Shown here one piece after another: positions 61,050 to 64,000 of a stretch of 64,000 bases of DNA. The position numbers and the translations under genes were made by a program. The stretch comes from an uncultured delta proteobacterium. GTDB taxonomy: Bacteria; Myxococcota_A; Polyangia; Fen-1088. How positions within the stretch are numbered: the first letter of the stretch is position 1; each line of letters starts with the position of its first letter. The stretch lies in assembly GCA_963737265.1 (NCBI GenBank), contig CAVTRY010000012.1:288001-352000 (forward strand), given 5' to 3'. Below the pieces are notes generated by a model that saw only the letters and a list, made by a program, of their open reading frames with translations, was not told the DNA's origin and searched no databases.

Positions 61050-63547
61050 TGTCGACGGATTCGAACGCTCGTACGAGAATGTCCTGGGCCTTGACGCTGG
61101 CGCTGTCGGCGACGGTGCTGACTGGGTGCTTCAATCACCCCGACGACAAAGTCAGTCAGATGGTCTGCACGACGGACAACAATTGTCCGACGGGTTATAC
61201 ATGCAGCAAGCTGCCTGGCGCCGCGACGGGTAGCTGCCAAAAAGCCGGCTCGACCAGCGGCGCTGGTGGCTCCGATGGCTCGATTGGCGTGGATGGTGCG
61301 AGCAAGGGTGGCGCTGGCGGTGCGAAAGACGGATCCGCGGGGGGCGCTGGCGGTGCGAAAGACGGTTCCACGGTGGGCGGGGGTGGTGCGACAGACGGTT
61401 CCGCCGGTGGTGCAATAGGTGGTGGCGCCGGTGGTGCGACAGGCGGTGCTGCGGGGGGCGCGGGGGGCGGGACGGGCGGTTCCGCGGGGGTAAGCGCAAT
61501 GGGCGGAGGCCCTACCGATGCTCCACTGACTCCGATCGGCGGCGCGTCAGGAGGATCCGGCGGTTCATCGGCTCCGCCGATCGATGCCGGCGCCATGATC
61601 GGCACCGCCTGTAAGAGCAGTGCCGATTGTCCTTTGGGCTACTGCGTTGACGGGGTTTGCTGTGACGGCGCCTGCAAGGACGCATGTTACTCCTGCGCGC
61701 AGCTTTACACGAGCAAGACCGACGGAACCTGCGCCCCGGTTGCTGCCGGCAAGCAGGATCCGCGGGCGACTTGCGTGGACCAGACGGCGACGAACCAGTG
61801 CGGCAGCGATGGCACGTGTGATGGCGCCGGCGCCTGTCGCAAAGTCGGTGCGGATCACGTTTGCTCGACCTCGTCCTGCAACACCTCGACGTTCACCCCC
61901 ACGTCGACGTGCGACGGAAAGGGCGCGTGCACGACGGCGACGCCGCAGGATTGCGGGGGCTCGACCTGCGACGTGGTTGACGGTTGTCGGACGGTCTGCG
62001 CCACGGATAGCGACTGTGCGACCACCTCGTACTGCAATGCCACGACCAAGCGCTGCGCGGCCAAGAAGACCAATGGCGACCCTTGCCTTCTGGCCGATGA
62101 ATGCTCGTCGGGCTTCTGCGCCGACGGCGTTTGCTGCAACACCGCATGTCTCGGCAGTTGCATGGCCTGCTCGGGCTCGCTGACCACGCAAAATTCCGGC
62201 ATCTGCAGCGCCGTGAACGTCGGGACGGATCCCCACAATAGCTGCTCTATCGATACCACGAACCAGTGCGGCGCCGACGGCACCTGCGACGGCGCTGGCG
62301 CTTGCCGAATGACCGGTACCGACCATGTGTGCAAGGCTGCTTCCTGCAATGCCGGGACCTTTACTAATGCAGCAACCTGCGACGGCAAAGGCGCCTGTGG
62401 CACCCCTACCGCGGCCAACTGTGGCGCGTTCACGTGCTCGGCGACGAGCGGGTGCCAAAAGAGCTGCGCCGCCGACACGGACTGTACTGGCCAAAGCTAC
62501 TGCGACACCACAGCCAAGACCTGTACCGCGAAGAAAGCCAACGGCGCCACGTGTGCGGCCGCGACAGAGTGCGCTTTCGGCAATTGCGTCGACGGGATGT
62601 GCTGCAATAGCGCGTGCAATGGCCTTTGCAACTCGTGCAAGAAGGCACACACGAATGTGGCCGACGGAACCTGCGCCTCCGTGAATTCCGGTCTGGATCC
62701 CTACAACAGCTGCCAAGACGAGAGTGCCACGAACAGTTGTGGCAACACCGGCATGTGCGATGGCGCGGGTGCCTGCCAAAAGGCGGGCAAGACGCAAACC
62801 TGCGGAAATGCGTCGTGCGGTACCAGCGGAAGCAGCGCAACGTATACGCCCGCGAGCATGTGCGATGGACTTGGTACCTGCAAAGCCGGAAACCTCACCA
62901 ATTGCGGCGTATTCCAGTGCTCGGCCACGACCGGCTGCCTGACAACATGTGCGAGCAACACCGATTGCTCCAGCGCGACCTATTGCGACCTGAGTCAGGC
63001 AAAGCCGGTTTGCGCTACCAAGCTTGGCCCTGGCATCGCCTGCGGAACCGATGCGAGCAAATGCACCACGGGGCGCTGCGTGGATGGGGTCTGTTGTAAC
63101 ACCGATTGCACCGCATCTTGCTACGCCTGCAACGTGACTGGCAATGCGGGGACGTGTTCGCCGATTGCCAGCGGTACCGTGGATCAGAAGGGCGCATGCA
63201 AAGCCTCTGGCACGACCTGCGGTCAGAACGGCACGTGTGGGGCAAACGGCGTCTGCTATGTCGCGCCGGCCGGCACGACAGGTATTGGCTGCACGACGAC
63301 GTGTTCGGGCTCGACGTTGACCTCCAATAGCTGCGATGGCAAAGGCAGTTGCACGGGTTCGGGTGGCTCATGCAGTAACAACCTCGTCTGTGCAAGCGCC
63401 ACGGCGTGCAAGACAAGCTGCACATTAGATACCGACTGCACGGGCGGAATGGTCTGTACGGCCGACGGCACCAACCGGTGCGCACCCATTTGTATCTTCG
63501 ATGATCAAAGTTCCTTGTCCGATGACGTTTGCGTCTTGGGACCGTAG
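61049..63547 (+). CDS. Cys-rich repeat surface lipoprotein
   Basis: Lipobox LTGC, Gly linker, repeated CVDGVCC/CDGAGAC units; TAATG-coupled to the TPR gene. Confidence 0.82.
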   Translation: MSTDSNARTRMSWALTLALSATVLTGCFNHPDDKVSQMVCTTDNNCPTGYTCSKLPGAATGSCQKAGSTSGAGGSDGSIGVDGASKGGAGGAKDGSAGGAGGAKDGSTVGGGGATDGSAGGAIGGGAGGATGGAAGGAGGGTGGSAGVSAMGGGPTDAPLTPIGGASGGSGGSSAPPIDAGAMIGTACKSSADCPLGYCVDGVCCDGACKDACYSCAQLYTSKTDGTCAPVAAGKQDPRATCVDQTATNQCGSDGTCDGAGACRKVGADHVCSTSSCNTSTFTPTSTCDGKGACTTATPQDCGGSTCDVVDGCRTVCATDSDCATTSYCNATTKRCAAKKTNGDPCLLADECSSGFCADGVCCNTACLGSCMACSGSLTTQNSGICSAVNVGTDPHNSCSIDTTNQCGADGTCDGAGACRMTGTDHVCKAASCNAGTFTNAATCDGKGACGTPTAANCGAFTCSATSGCQKSCAADTDCTGQSYCDTTAKTCTAKKANGATCAAATECAFGNCVDGMCCNSACNGLCNSCKKAHTNVADGTCASVNSGLDPYNSCQDESATNSCGNTGMCDGAGACQKAGKTQTCGNASCGTSGSSATYTPASMCDGLGTCKAGNLTNCGVFQCSATTGCLTTCASNTDCSSATYCDLSQAKPVCATKLGPGIACGTDASKCTTGRCVDGVCCNTDCTASCYACNVTGNAGTCSPIASGTVDQKGACKASGTTCGQNGTCGANGVCYVAPAGTTGIGCTTTCSGSTLTSNSCDGKGSCTGSGGSCSNNLVCASATACKTSCTLDTDCTGGMVCTADGTNRCAPICIFDDQSSLSDDVCVLGP

Positions 63548-63593
63548 CGACGATCGGTTTTTTCTATTTCCTTCCGAAGGTGAGGTATCGACA

Positions 63594-64000
63594 ATGAAAA
63601 TCAAAGTCTACACGATTGAGTTTAAGACTCCGCGCTGGCTGAGAAACGCCCTAACATTTGTCGTCGTTCCCGGCATGATTTTGCTCGGGGTGGGTGCTGC
63701 GGTTCGAGCGGCGGGTCTTTCGTCGCCGTTGAAGACATTCGTGACGCGGACGCCAATTTCCTCCGGCGACCTGACTAGCAATTTCACTGCGCTACAGAAT
63801 GTGGTCAATGGCGTCAGCGGTGCGGCGGTACAAAACGCGATGAATGCGACCACTGCTAGCACAGCTTCTAATTTAAGCTGCAACGGCTGCGTCGCAAAGT
63901 CCAGCATTGCTGGGGGTGCGGTGTTGTCTAGTCTGGCGGTCACGGTTGTTGATAGCAACCCCGCCGGCACTGTCTTTGCGCCTGCGGGATTTAGTCAGCC
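63594..64000 (+). CDS. Secreted or membrane-anchored hypothetical protein (partial, runs off the window)
   Basis: GAGG RBS; MKIKVYTIEF...TM helix...PISSGDLTSNFTALQ open to the window end. Confidence 0.6.
   Translation, partial: MKIKVYTIEFKTPRWLRNALTFVVVPGMILLGVGAAVRAAGLSSPLKTFVTRTPISSGDLTSNFTALQNVVNGVSGAAVQNAMNATTASTASNLSCNGCVAKSSIAGGAVLSSLAVTVVDSNPAGTVFAPAGFSQ

Noticed and set aside
1-64000. rRNA, tRNA or prophage
   Set aside because: No recognisable structural RNA or phage structural genes seen; not verified by covariance-model search

Overview
A GC-rich bacterial chromosomal window, most consistent with Myxococcota (Polyangia-like), inferred from the Gly/Ser/Thr-linker lipoproteins, Cys-rich repeat proteins and DUF2169/PAAR-like genes. 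Layout: (1) 1-12.5 kb is a plastic region with an orphan spike/adaptor cassette and at least five toxin-antitoxin (TA) modules or gene fragments. These are separated by repeated 5' ends of a RAYT/Y1-type HUH transposase and AAGTACCCTCGGACGGGAT repeats. (2) Three TPR-protein + Cys-rich lipoprotein gene pairs lie at about 12-17, 44-47 and 60-63.5 kb. (3) An L-arabinose/arabinan locus holds two GH54 lipoproteins, a secreted GalM, a LamB-type porin, an SSS transporter, a LacI regulator and araBAD; its three promoters appear to be copies of the lacI promoter/operator. (4) A run of surface lipoproteins follows (GH5, DUF1080-like, beta-propellers, beta-barrel). (5) A GxxExxY nuclease gene is enclosed by 24-bp inverted repeats. 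(6) uvrA is followed by three TA pairs separated by copies of the uvrA 3' end. An identical 189-bp MITE (15-bp terminal inverted repeats, 10-bp target duplications) splits two genes and supplies stop and restart codons. All family calls come from motif recognition by eye; no database searches were run.
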